IMG/VR virus record: IMGVR_UViG_3300010331_000033
Coordinates: 1 to 30,177 of that record
DNA length: 30,177 nt
Origin: a virus
Lineage: Duplodnaviria > Caudoviricetes
Direction: 5' to 3' (one strand)
Position 1 is the stretch's first letter. Each line of letters opens with the position of its first letter. This document shows positions 9,505 through 19,037 of the stretch, in pieces. The position numbers and the translations under genes were made by a program. The notes below the pieces were generated by a model. That model searched no databases. It was not told the origin of the DNA and worked only from the letters and a program-made list of their open reading frames with translations.

Positions 9505-11070
9505 TAGGTTGTTCTAGCAAGGTTTAAATTCCATTTCTTCATCTGTCTGGCAAATTCTTTCTGAGAATCTTGAGAGACTTTTTCAATATCCGATTTACTG
9601 GCATTGCCCTGCACGATGATAGTAGGGGAGTATGTTACTTGTTGGTTGGCAGCAATAGGCTTTCTAATCATTACGGCTGTTGATGCTGGTTGTGTTTTAC
9701 TTGCATCTTTGGATCTCTCCACAGCAAGGATTTCTCTATGTCTTGTTGAAATGTTTGAAACCAGAGCAGCACTGTTTTGCATGGCCTTGACTTTAGCATC
9801 ATATCCATTCAACGCCTTGACACCTTTTTTAGCTTCATCATAGGCAGCGGCAAACTTCCCATGAAAGACCAGACTTATAGCCTTACCCATACTGCCTAGC
9901 CCCGTGATTATCCCTTTGATACGGTCTAAGACAAAATCCTTAAGGATGTTTCCAAATCCCTTGACGGTATCCCAGACGGTGAGTATAACAGCCCTGAATC
10001 CTGCGAATTTCTTCCAACAGATCACGACAGCAGCGACAACAGCGAGTATAATGGCAGGTATCCAAAATAATGGACTGGCAAGAAATGCAAGATTCATTCC
10101 CGTAGTTGCATACTGTACGGCAAAGACAGCAAACTGTAGAGCCTTGAAAACAGCAATTGCCCCCTGTACAAGCTTTATCGTCAAAGTAACCGTACGTATT
10201 GCAACAGTTGCAGCGATAAGACCGATACCTATCTTAGCAATGGTCTTAATTAATTTATGGTTGTTACCGATCCATTCAGTCACCTTTAAGAATAGTGAGG
10301 AAACGGAAACATTGGTTTTATCAACAGCGGGCAAGAATGCCATTCCAATAGATTCAACAACCTCACCAAAACCAACCTTTATTTTACTAGTTGATTTTGC
10401 AGTAGCTTCAGCTGTACCCTTAAACTGTCTCTCAACAGCTTTTAAGATATATTCCGTGCAGCACCTAGACCTTTAGTGAGTTGGATCTGTTTAACTAAAG
10501 CAACATCACCAAAATCAAGTGTTCCAGCTTTCTTCATAGCAGCAGCACCATTCATAGGGTCGTTCAAAGCTTTGCCTAACGCTACAGCATTTGTCGCTGC
10601 CTCACCAAAACCACCAGCGGCCATGTCATGAGCAGCAACCGTAGCACGATCAAATAATCCGGTCATTACAGCTGTTTGGGAAGAGACGTTCTTAAACGTT
10701 GCTATCTTAGCTTGTGTCAAAGCAATAATCTCATCTTAACACCTATCTGCATAGCGAGCTTACTGGCATATTTAAGTTGATCCTCAGCAGCTTTATTGGC
10801 AAGTGGTGAGTTGTTCCACATTTGCTTATAAGCATTTTTCAAGCGATTAACAGCTACCCTGGAGTCCTCGGCTGCATCAATAGATTTCCAAAGCCCGGCA
10901 GCAGCAACACCACCTGCAACAAACATCTTATTTGAAACAGAGTTGACACCTGCCATAACAGCCTCAAGCTTCTTCATCTTCATTTGAGACTTTGAAACAG
11001 CCTGACTCACCACCCTTGACATCTTATCAGTTGCGGAAAGTATTAATCCAACTTTTGTAGTATTTGCCAT
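9501..11070 (-). CDS. Tape measure protein (~523 aa when repaired), split by two 1-nt deletions at ~10736 and ~10455
   Basis: LSATDKMS start, ALGKALNDP motif, Ala-rich helical and TM-like segments. Adding one A at each break gives QIGVKDEIIALTQAK and GLGAAQEYILKAVERQFKG, open to the stop at 9501. Confidence 0.85.
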
Positions 11071-11256
11071 TTAGTCTTCTTTTAATTCAACCAGTAAAGC
11101 TCTGACAGGTGTCAGTATATCGTTTTGTCTTTGTTCATGTGCAGATGCCAGACAGTCCTCAAAAAACTCGGCATCCATATTCAGTATTTCCGTTAACCCC
11201 GTTGATGTGTAGTGACTCAAAAAAACAAGATCATCAACGAGGATTACACGTTTTTT
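11071..11256 (-). CDS. -1 frame extension of tail assembly chaperone (gpE'/gpGT-like)
   Basis: Slippery heptamer A AAA AAC at 11256-11250. The -1 frame reads KKRVILVDDLVFLSHYTSTGLTEILNMDAEFFEDCLASAHEQRQNDILTPVRALLVELKED* and its TAA abuts the tape-measure ATG. Confidence 0.8.
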   Translation of the reverse strand, partial: KKRVILVDDLVFLSHYTSTGLTEILNMDAEFFEDCLASAHEQRQNDILTPVRALLVELKED

Positions 11257-11609
11257 ACTTCACCAGGCTCACCACCAAAGATGGACATATCACCACCATT
11301 GATGAAGTGCATGACCTCCATGATCTCCTCACCATCGAAGCAGTTGGCTAACTCTTCATAAACGATAGGCAGACCATTGATTCTAAGTGCTGAAACTGAT
11401 CTTGCATACTCATCCTTAACGGCTTTCTCAGCGAGCTTACTGGTGTTCTTGTCGGTTGATGCAGATACGGAGGATTTAACCAGTGAGTCCATGACCAGAC
11501 GGCCATTGGTGACAACCATATCAAGCTTGATATCTTTATCAAAGCTGCAAACGTGGGTACGTTTTACCGTACCCTCATTTATCTTGCGTGTGAAATATTT
11601 GTTTTCCAT
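11244..11609 (-). CDS. Tail assembly chaperone (gpE/gpG-like)
   Basis: Canonical position between tube and tape measure; ends at a slippery site. Confidence 0.75.
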   Translation of the reverse strand: MENKYFTRKINEGTVKRTHVCSFDKDIKLDMVVTNGRLVMDSLVKSSVSASTDKNTSKLAEKAVKDEYARSVSALRINGLPIVYEELANCFDGEEIMEVMHFINGGDMSIFGGEPGEVKNV

Positions 11610-12121
11610 TAGATACCCAGATTAGAGCGATAATTTTGTAATAAATCTTCACCACCGACAACGAAAATGTTGTTTGGAATATCCAGTTCAAGAATTTCCT
11701 CACCATTTGATATGTACTTGATATACGTCAAATCAAACTTCGATTCCGTCTCTGTGTCTTCTTTGGGCTTGAAAGAGCCTAAAGACATATTCGCTGGAGC
11801 ACCTTTAAGGTGAAAAACAACGGGCTCCTGTCCCGAAAGATTGCCGTCTACATATCTATCTCTTTGTGAATAGACCATTAAATCAACGGCCTGCATAGGG
11901 TTAAGACAAGCTTTTGCGACATCATTCTCAGGGGTGTTCCATTTAATGGAGCATTCCAGAGCTTCAAAGCCGTTGAAAAACTTAAGGACACCATTCAAGC
12001 CTAAAGCCTTATATTCACTTTTGGACGGTGAAATTTCTGGCAATGTTATCTCACTGGCCTGACCTAAAGTGGAGGTACCATTGACATACACATTTGCATC
12101 ACGTAGTTTCATTACTTTCAT
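11609..12121 (-). CDS. Major tail tube protein (P2 FII-like)
   Basis: ANVYVNG---LG---EITLPEI and ELDIPNNIFVVGGEDLL--YR-NLG motifs. Confidence 0.9.
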   Translation of the reverse strand: MKVMKLRDANVYVNGTSTLGQASEITLPEISPSKSEYKALGLNGVLKFFNGFEALECSIKWNTPENDVAKACLNPMQAVDLMVYSQRDRYVDGNLSGQEPVVFHLKGAPANMSLGSFKPKEDTETESKFDLTYIKYISNGEEILELDIPNNIFVVGGEDLLQNYRSNLGI

Positions 12122-12125
12122 CGTC

Positions 12126-13313
12126 TTAAGCGTTTAAAAGGTTACTCAATAGAGTTGTATCAATCACAGAGTAGAAGGTGAACCGTTCACCAGGAGTGGC
12201 ACCCATAAAGTTTTTGGTCCATACATAATGACCTTTGGCCATTTCTGTTGGAGTGTTCTTGGCGGCCTCAAAAAGACATTTACTACCTTGTATAAGCGCT
12301 CCCCTTGAAATAAGTGTATTAAAATAACCGTTCACCATTTCCGTGACAAGGTTAATCTGTGCAGGTGACATCGGTAGATCCAGATAAGGCAAACAAGCAA
12401 GCTCGATACTTTCAGAAGATATGTCATCAAGTCTCTGCATAGCTTCAAAAGTGCGGGAATCGGCATTAAGAGGGAAAGCACCGTTTCTGTTACCCCATTC
12501 ACGGATACCAGCTCCATATACGTTGACAAAAGTTGTAATACCTTGAGCATTCAATAGGTTGACTTCTGAATTGCTGTCATTGATTTCAAAACTTAATGGG
12601 GTTTCTATGCCAGCGGCACCTTTAAGAGTATGGTTTGAAGATGAATACCAGAAACCAAAGTTTTCGTCAACAAAAGAGCGTAATCCGGCAGAGCTGGCAG
12701 AGGCTGGTACAACCTTGTTGTCAAAGTCTATAAGACCTGAGAAAAGAAGCTTAGTACGATAGCTGGCCGTTGTCCAAAGACCTGCAACACCTCTAGCTGT
12801 CAAGGCGGCAGAGAAAAGCATAGCTGTAGGTGAGTCAAGATATGCACAACCTCTGTAGGTCAAAGCAGCAGCTTCAAGATCGGCAGCGATGGCAGCCGTT
12901 GAACTGAATCCAGGAGCAATAAATATTTTAGGGACAAGGCCATAAAGTGCACGGCAGGTCTCAAACAATTTTAGCCCGGTCTTTACACCTGTAGCGACAT
13001 TCACTGCACCTGCAAAATCAGATTCTGTTGGTGTCGTAGCACCTGTACCTACACTGATGACAAAAACAACAGCTTTAGGGTTTTCCTTGCGAATAAGCCT
13101 TAAAGCGTTGGGTATTGTATCAGTGGCAACCTTTGAATAAGCCCCGAAATGGGTCATATCATTGGCCTCAGATAATGAGAGATAGAGTTTGTTAGCCGTA
13201 CCCGTCACAGAAGTACCTATAAGTCCAATAACCGCACTTTTGACAGCGGTTACGGTACCTTCAGAACTAGCAACCTCGATGGTCTCAACCCCATGAAGAA
13301 ATGTATCTGGCAT
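12126..13313 (-). CDS. Contractile tail sheath protein (P2 FI-like)
   Basis: FLHGVETIE, SAVIGLIGT, GFWYSSSN, LLNAQGITT and WGNR motifs. Confidence 0.92.
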   Translation of the reverse strand: MPDTFLHGVETIEVASSEGTVTAVKSAVIGLIGTSVTGTANKLYLSLSEANDMTHFGAYSKVATDTIPNALRLIRKENPKAVVFVISVGTGATTPTESDFAGAVNVATGVKTGLKLFETCRALYGLVPKIFIAPGFSSTAAIAADLEAAALTYRGCAYLDSPTAMLFSAALTARGVAGLWTTASYRTKLLFSGLIDFDNKVVPASASSAGLRSFVDENFGFWYSSSNHTLKGAAGIETPLSFEINDSNSEVNLLNAQGITTFVNVYGAGIREWGNRNGAFPLNADSRTFEAMQRLDDISSESIELACLPYLDLPMSPAQINLVTEMVNGYFNTLISRGALIQGSKCLFEAAKNTPTEMAKGHYVWTKNFMGATPGERFTFYSVIDTTLLSNLLNA

Positions 13314-13474
13314 TATTTTTTAGTTTTAAGCGGTTTAATAAACTTTTTTTCAACGAGATTCTGTACATGGCTATCTTTTTCGGGTAAACTGATAACCTCA
13401 CCTTTCTGAGAGATAGATCCTTGACCATTACAGGTAAAGCTTAACAGGCCATATAGATTGACAAACTTTTTCAT
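13313..13474 (-). CDS. Small pre-sheath tail protein (53 aa)
   Basis: Not in track. MKKFVNLYGLLSFTCNGQGSISQKGEVISLPEKDSHVQNLVEKKFIKPLKTKK exactly fills the gap, with ATGA and TAATG overlaps. Confidence 0.65.
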   Translation of the reverse strand: MKKFVNLYGLLSFTCNGQGSISQKGEVISLPEKDSHVQNLVEKKFIKPLKTKK

Positions 13475-13926
13475 CCATTGACAAATTCAGGATTCTTAAG
13501 CGGGTAAAATGGTTCTTCAGGCTGGTTTTCCATAGTCTTTGAAGTCATAGAAAAAGAAAAGATGTAATTCCATTCATTGGGACCACCTTCTTTGTATCCG
13601 TGACTTTTCAACTGGATCTTACCACATCCTGGGAACTGATAGCCCATGATCTTGTCTGAGATATTTTTGATGATGGCAAAAATCCCTGATTCTCCACGTC
13701 TTGTCTTTGCAAGAATAGTAACATCAAAGGATATAGTCTCTTCCTGAACCATGACAGACAGATTTTCCGGTTCTGAAAAATCAGCTCCACAACACATGAT
13801 AAGCGCACATGACTTATTCAAATTTTTGGGATAGTCAGCTTCATTCTCAGGTAAGGGTTTGACAGTGTATATGTCGTTTTCCAACAATACACATATATCA
13901 TCTTCTCTTTGGCTATAATCAATCAT
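13471..13926 (-). CDS. Tail terminator/completion protein (gp37-like)
   Basis: Size and position; PLPEN, I---IMGY---G and W-Y---F pattern. Confidence 0.6.
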   Translation of the reverse strand: MIDYSQREDDICVLLENDIYTVKPLPENEADYPKNLNKSCALIMCCGADFSEPENLSVMVQEETISFDVTILAKTRRGESGIFAIIKNISDKIMGYQFPGCGKIQLKSHGYKEGGPNEWNYIFSFSMTSKTMENQPEEPFYPLKNPEFVNG

Positions 13927-14263
13927 CTAGTTCAGCGTATGCTATGCAAGTTCTACCATCATGCTTTGTGTAAACCTCTTTAATAATCAGCTTGTCACCC
14001 TTGACAGTTACCTTTTCGACATGACCGCTATCTACTGATAATTTCAGACCGATAAACTGGTCTATATAAAATTCAATTGAATAGTTGTATGGCCGATATT
14101 GGTATTTATCATTCCCGATATTTACAGGATCATTGGGTGAGTTATAGAGTACTAAAGTTTCTTGTGGGATGAGTGAGCCCGATGGTATCCAGATAGCCTC
14201 ATCACCAAACACCGCCGCTGCGGTGGAGAATACGATTTTCTGGATATCATCGAAGACGCTCAT
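13919..14263 (-). CDS. Head-tail joining protein (head closure, lambda FII-like)
   Basis: MSVFD...FG-EA-W...DG-T pattern; position after the capsid decoration gene. Confidence 0.6.
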   Translation of the reverse strand: MSVFDDIQKIVFSTAAAVFGDEAIWIPSGSLIPQETLVLYNSPNDPVNIGNDKYQYRPYNYSIEFYIDQFIGLKLSVDSGHVEKVTVKGDKLIIKEVYTKHDGRTCIAYAELDD

Positions 14264-14266
14264 ATC

Positions 14267-14731
14267 TTAGGCCATTAAACCGGCAGCTTTAAGGCTTACC
14301 AGCATTTCGTTTACAGTAACTTTCAAGGCGTTAGCCAACGCTTGAGTAGTGGCAGCATCTGAACCGTTGACAGTGGCGACAACAGCAACAGTGGCAGCCG
14401 TAACGGGAGTACCATCGACTATCAACAGATCAACAGTGGCAGCACCGGCTGCAGCAGCTGAATGAGCATAACCACAGAAAGTGTTTTCGGCAGCAGTAGT
14501 AGTCACCGTCTTTGCACCTGCTTTGAGGTAAAGAGCCTGACCAATGGTGATAGCACCCGCTTCTTTAGGCACGTTATAAACACCTTTTGTTTGACCAATA
14601 AACTCTGCATTAATGGCCGCATCATTTTGGGCCACAACCACCTTGGCACCGACAAGCACCAAGTCACCAGAATCAATAGCGGCAACCGCTACAGCCTTAA
14701 TGGTTTTTCCTTCACAAATTAAATTTTGCAT
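14267..14731 (-). CDS. DUF2190-family capsid decoration protein with head-fibre-like C-terminus
   Basis: MQN-I-EG-TI, I-SGDLV-VG, GVY-VPK and G--LY motifs; extra tail ...VNEMLVSLKAAGLMA. Confidence 0.75.
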   Translation of the reverse strand: MQNLICEGKTIKAVAVAAIDSGDLVLVGAKVVVAQNDAAINAEFIGQTKGVYNVPKEAGAITIGQALYLKAGAKTVTTTAAENTFCGYAHSAAAAGAATVDLLIVDGTPVTAATVAVVATVNGSDAATTQALANALKVTVNEMLVSLKAAGLMA

Positions 14732-14745
14732 ATCTTATTTTGTTA

Positions 14746-14764
14746 GGGGAGGCAAAACCTCCCC
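14746..14764. other. GC-rich hairpin just downstream of the capsid gene
   Basis: GGGGAGG-CAAAA-CCTCCCC perfect 7-bp stem. No U-tract on the minus strand, so more likely an mRNA stabiliser/attenuator than a full terminator. Confidence 0.55.
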
Positions 14765-14774
14765 AGATTAATAC

Positions 14775-16804
14775 TTATTGACCGTTGTTTTTGAACAACC
14801 CACGATAGTCGATTGCGTTGGCCCCAAATTCACCTCTTACAGCAAACTTGATAGAGTCAGAATCGAAATCCTCTTCACGGTTGGAACGGAGACCTTCGTT
14901 ACCGTCAAGGTAACAATGGTAAAGGCCATCTACTGCATTAGGATCAGCAGCCAGGTACCAAGCTTTACCACTCAAGCGAGGTTCAACAAGAACTTGCAGA
15001 TTCATTGCAGAGAAAACGTTGATATCAGCGGTTTTGGTAGGGGTGATAGAAGTGATCAACATGCTTGCATCAACTTCGTATTCAGGAGACACGATGATGA
15101 AACGAGGAAGGATGCGTAAAATCTTCTTACCATCCAATGCTTTCTGAGACTTCATAGCCAAAATAGCAGCTTTCAAAGTAGTGGCTGAAATGACACCGGC
15201 AGCACTTGCAAGGTTAGCATGATCAGCATGAAACAAAGTCTTTGTATCATTCATGGTAACATTACTTGTGATCAAAGCCCAAATGATGTCACCTCTTTGA
15301 GTATTCCAATCAAGGACAAAGCGGTTAGGGATTATGGAGAAAGCAGAAAGATCATCGTTGATCATTGCTTGTCTGGTGAACTTAATACCTTCAGCAAATG
15401 ATTTTGCCTGCAAAGTTTGTTTTGCTTCAATAAGGGAGGTGTACTTGATGTCTTCACCTTCAGCGATTTCTTTCATACCACTTTTAGAATCTACCTGATA
15501 CAGGCTTTTGGCCTTGAAATCAGATACGGTAGTTTGTTGGAGATCTTATCCCAATATTCAGGAGCAAAAACATAGTCACCTCTTAAAAGCTTGTTGCTGA
15601 CATTTTCCAACAATAAAGGAAAATCAGAAGTGGATAAGTCACGGGAACCTTTGAGGATACATCCGGCAAGTTCCATTTTACTCATTGCTCTTACATTGAC
15701 GCCACGTTCAATAAGCAGTTCTTTTCCCATTTCCATAATGGTCATACCACGATATTCACCACCTTCGTTCTTCTCATCTTTGAAAGTAGAAGGGGAGATA
15801 CGATGCAATAAAGCTGTTTCGATTGCTTGACGTTTGCCTGCAATAGCTTCGTGTCCGATAGAGATCACTTTAGGATCAGCTTTCTTGAAATCAGTGATAA
15901 TTTGCTGACGGATAGCTTCAATAGTATCATCACTGTTGAACATCTCGATAGCTTTAGCATCGTCTAGTCCAGCAGCGCGGGTGCTCAAAGTAATAGCATC
16001 CATACGGTTTCTTTGAGCTAACGTAGCAGCAGCACGAATAGCCTCAACATTTACAGGTACCTCAGCCTTTACAGCTGGATTTTCAGAACGAATAGCCTCA
16101 ATGGTCTTTTCGCTCTGATACAACTCTACTACTTTACCGTCAATCTTGGCGGCACGGCAGACAGAGATAATTGCTTCCAAACGAGCTATTTGCTCGTTAT
16201 TCGCGTTTGCTCGAATCTCTTCAATTGTAAACATCTTTGGTTTATTAGGGTTATCTAAAATAAAAGGGTTAAAAAAATCTTTATCACGCATCGTTGAGTT
16301 GATGTCAGCAGGTATAGGAGCGATGGCCACATGGTTTGGCTCCCAATCGGTCATCTGATAAGTAACTACGTTAGTCACCTTATCGTCCATCCTGATACCT
16401 TTGTAGATGGTATATCCCACAGAGAAGGTGTTTAGGATGCCACTCTTTAAGTCGGCTCTGGTCTTATCACTACATTGAGCACCAAGGGTCACGGTACCGA
16501 TCATATTATTGTTTTCAAAGCGGACATTACCGATCTTACCCATGACGTCTTCGGGTTTTGTTCCAACACCATAAGAAGGATGTGCATTCAACAGTGATAG
16601 TCCGGCATTAATGCGCTCCATACGTACATTTGCCTCACGACACAAAAGAACTTCATGATAGTTCGCATCCCAATTGGTTCTTAAGACAGGTGTCTCAGTC
16701 GCAAAGGTTATGTCAAAAGTACCGAACTCCTCGTTAAAGGAATTTTGTACGATTTCAGCTCGTGTGAACTGCATACCTGCTTTGAGGGTCATTGGTTTTG
16801 CCAT
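14775..16804 (-). CDS. Prohead protease - major capsid fusion protein (~676 aa when repaired), split by a 1-nt deletion at ~15537
   Basis: Protease part: LLNAH, FSVGY, WEP--V-IAPIPAD. Capsid part: STSDFPLLL, TRQAMINDDL. Adding one A gives WDKISKQTTVSDFKAKSLYQVDSKSGMKEI. Confidence 0.88.
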
Positions 16805-16805
16805 A

Positions 16806-18248
16806 TTAAAGTATATTAGGGTCAGGTTCTAAAGGTTCAGGGGCGATCATGATACTTGAGAATGTAATGCCGGCATCGGCCAACAACTTACGCTCAGCAA
16901 TTATCTCGTCTAAAAATTCCTGCGGATCACGGCCATCTTCACGAACTGATTCACTCCATGTTGTCAAGCCTGCTTGTAGTTGCAATACACGGGCATTTGT
17001 CTCTTTAACTGGATCTAGCTGTTGCACTCTTGGTGCTGTCCAGTCTGTTGCGTTACAAACGACCTTAGTGGATGATAATCCGGTCATAATAACGGCATCC
17101 ATAAACCACCGCCAAACATTCACACATACCTGCGGTACCATCATGTTGTACTGCCAGTTGCGGAAATTGGGTGTGATATCAATTTTTGCCATACGGCCAC
17201 TGGTGAAATTGACATTGGAATAGTCCATTGTCAACATCTCATAAGTGATGCCATAAGCGGCAGCAATGCCTTGTAAAATCTTTTTTGAATATTCAGCGTA
17301 ACCATCAGCAGCTGGAGGTTTTGAAAATTCTATTGTTTCACCTTCACCAAGATCCTCAATTATTCCAGGTTCAAGGGATTCGAGATCTGATGAAGCCACT
17401 CCTTCACGTCCAGTCCTGAAAGCACAGAAAGCAGCGGCAGCTTTTTGTCTTACCAATTGTGCGTCTTCATAATTGGAAAAGTCAGACATCTTAATGAAAG
17501 AGGAAATACCCATAGGCACGCCACGCACTTGACTAATCCTAAGAAGTTCAAAAGGATGGATGATATCATTAACAGAAAAGTATTGAGATTGCAAAGAGCT
17601 CAATTTACCTGTCATATCGGTAGGGTGTTGTGGCCATATCCAATAACCTATCGTAAGACCAGCCTCATCAAATTGCACACCAAGACGGGCAAACCCTTTA
17701 TCATTAATACCATCCTTGCAATGATCCAACTGATCACCTTCAAGAACTTGAAGTTTTATTGGTAGAGGATTTTCACGGGTAGGGGTGACACGTCTTCTTA
17801 CGATTAAGCAATCACCTGCTTCGGCTATCTTAGACATCACAATACGTTGCAATCCGTAAAAGGTATTCTTACCGTTCCAATCGCAAGCAGTTGTCTCAGC
17901 CCAATCTTTCCAGATCGCTTTTATTTTCTTTACCTGAGATTTTGTGCCTACGGGTGCCGGACGAATACCCTCACCGACAGTGTTGTTGGCAATGGCATTA
18001 ATGGCACGTTTCGCCCATCCGTTATTTCTTACAAAATGACGTGAGCGATTGCGGAGTGTGATAAATCCTTGGGATATTTCGAGATTAGGACCGGCAGAGT
18101 TAGCTCCTTTAAAGGATTTTCCCCGTCTACCCATAGTGGCAGCTTCGTAAGACCTTCGTGCATTAAAGCGAGAAAGGGCAGCTTTCGGGGAAAAATAGGC
18201 TATTGACCTATCAACAAGGTTTAATTTAGAAGCCTCTGCCATACTCAA
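16806..18248 (-). CDS. Portal protein, lambda family
   Basis: LRNRSRHFVRNN, VGEGI, LGVQFD--G---GYW, QVRGVP, DYSNVNFTSGR and LDPVKE motifs. Confidence 0.92.
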   Translation of the reverse strand: MSMAEASKLNLVDRSIAYFSPKAALSRFNARRSYEAATMGRRGKSFKGANSAGPNLEISQGFITLRNRSRHFVRNNGWAKRAINAIANNTVGEGIRPAPVGTKSQVKKIKAIWKDWAETTACDWNGKNTFYGLQRIVMSKIAEAGDCLIVRRRVTPTRENPLPIKLQVLEGDQLDHCKDGINDKGFARLGVQFDEAGLTIGYWIWPQHPTDMTGKLSSLQSQYFSVNDIIHPFELLRISQVRGVPMGISSFIKMSDFSNYEDAQLVRQKAAAAFCAFRTGREGVASSDLESLEPGIIEDLGEGETIEFSKPPAADGYAEYSKKILQGIAAAYGITYEMLTMDYSNVNFTSGRMAKIDITPNFRNWQYNMMVPQVCVNVWRWFMDAVIMTGLSSTKVVCNATDWTAPRVQQLDPVKETNARVLQLQAGLTTWSESVREDGRDPQEFLDEIIAERKLLADAGITFSSIMIAPEPLEPDPNIL

Positions 18249-18423
18249 TAAGCTTTCTTCTATTAGTTGGTGCAGGGAATAACTCAGCTTCCATCATGTT
18301 CAATATCTGTTTCATCTCAGACAGGTTGCGGTATGTGATTTCTTTATCAGCATACTTAACCGTTGTAGCACCTAGTGCAATAGCGTCCTTTAATTTCTGA
18401 TATTGTTCTGATGTATAGGTCAT
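18226..18423 (-). CDS. Head-tail adaptor (lambda gpW-like)
   Basis: L--AI--G---V-Y----ITYR---EM pattern; overlaps the portal start. Confidence 0.85.
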   Translation of the reverse strand: MTYTSEQYQKLKDAIALGATTVKYADKEITYRNLSEMKQILNMMEAELFPAPTNRRKLIEYGRGF

Positions 18424-18527
18424 TCGATGCTTTAAATTAAAGCAACAAATTAAGTAATAGATGTCAACATGAAGAAATATAATAGTTTAAAGAATTACGG
18501 CATTTTTTCGGAGGGTAAAAAAAGGGC

Positions 18528-18556
18528 AAAAAAAAAGCCCCAATAATGTGGAGCTT
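18528..18556 (-). terminator. Intrinsic terminator after HTH gene (copy 1 of duplicated terminator)
   Basis: Minus strand AAGCTCCACATTATTGGGGCTT followed by a long T run. Confidence 0.7.
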
Positions 18557-18576
18557 AAAAAAAATATTTAAAAAAA

Positions 18577-18876
18577 TTACAGTTGAAGTATGCCAAAAAT
18601 CCTTTCTAATATTTCAAATGGGATGCTTCGTTTTCCTGAAAGGAAGTTTTTAAAATTGCTATAATCATAATCAATATCCTTAGAAAATTGATTAACGGAT
18701 AAGCCCTCTTCGGCTAATTTGTTTTTGATAGCTATACGGATGTCTTTTTTTACATACGCCTGCTTAGTCTCAAAATTGAAACCTACATTGTAGCCCGGGC
18801 AAAGTTTTTGAAGTGCAAGAAGCTGTTCGCCTGTTTTGCACTCTGAAATTATTTTTATCAATTCTATTGTTTTCAT
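18577..18876 (-). CDS. XRE/Cro-type HTH regulator, candidate Aca-like repressor
   Basis: C-terminal IKNKLAEEGLSVNQFSKDIDYDYSNFKNFLSGKRSIPFEILERIF; last gene of the island. Confidence 0.75.
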   Translation of the reverse strand: MKTIELIKIISECKTGEQLLALQKLCPGYNVGFNFETKQAYVKKDIRIAIKNKLAEEGLSVNQFSKDIDYDYSNFKNFLSGKRSIPFEILERIFGILQL

Positions 18877-18896
18877 AAAATTCTTTTTTATATTTG
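18867..18896 (+). promoter_or_regulatory. Bacteroidota-type sigma-A promoter for the plus-strand RNA
   Basis: TTG (18867-69) - 19 nt - TATATTTG (18889-96) fits the -33/-7 consensus TTG-N19-TAnnTTTG. Confidence 0.6.
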
Positions 18897-18916
18897 TGGT
18901 GTCCGGATGCCGAAAG

Positions 18917-18946
18917 GCACTAATCAGACCAATCTGGAATTGAAAT
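18917..18946 (+). CRISPR. Solitary 30-nt type I-B/III-like CRISPR repeat (repeat A)
   Basis: GCACTAATCAGACCAATCTGGAATTGAAAT; ends in the canonical 8-nt Cas6 handle ATTGAAAT. Confidence 0.6.
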
Positions 18947-18996
18947 ATTAGATGTAATTATCTGGACAATTCGCTGCAAAGCGTGGATTAAAACAA

Positions 18997-19015
18997 AATT
19001 TCTACTATTGTAGAT
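18997..19015 (+). CRISPR. Solitary type V-A (Cas12a) crRNA handle
   Basis: AATTTCTACTATTGTAGAT equals the conserved AATTTCTAC-loop-GTAGAT mature Cas12a repeat. Confidence 0.85.
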
Positions 19016-19037
19016 TGTGATTTACTTCACAGAATTT

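Noticed and set aside
3433-13313. Tailocin or extracellular contractile injection system
   Set aside because: Capsid, portal and terminase genes are present, so this is a phage.
5068-16804. Programmed frameshifting or alternative genetic code as the cause of the split capsid, tape measure and gpJ genes
   Set aside because: The breaks are frame changes lacking slippery heptamers, not in-frame stops; all three stop codons are used normally.
18900-18990. Self-cleaving ribozyme or tRNA
   Set aside because: No hammerhead CUGANGA core and no tRNA cloverleaf/T-loop found by eye; an Rfam scan would settle it.
19016-19031. TGTGA-N6-TCACA perfect CRP-box consensus
   Set aside because: It lies inside a transcribed unit just before a terminator, not at a promoter; better explained as an RNA hairpin.
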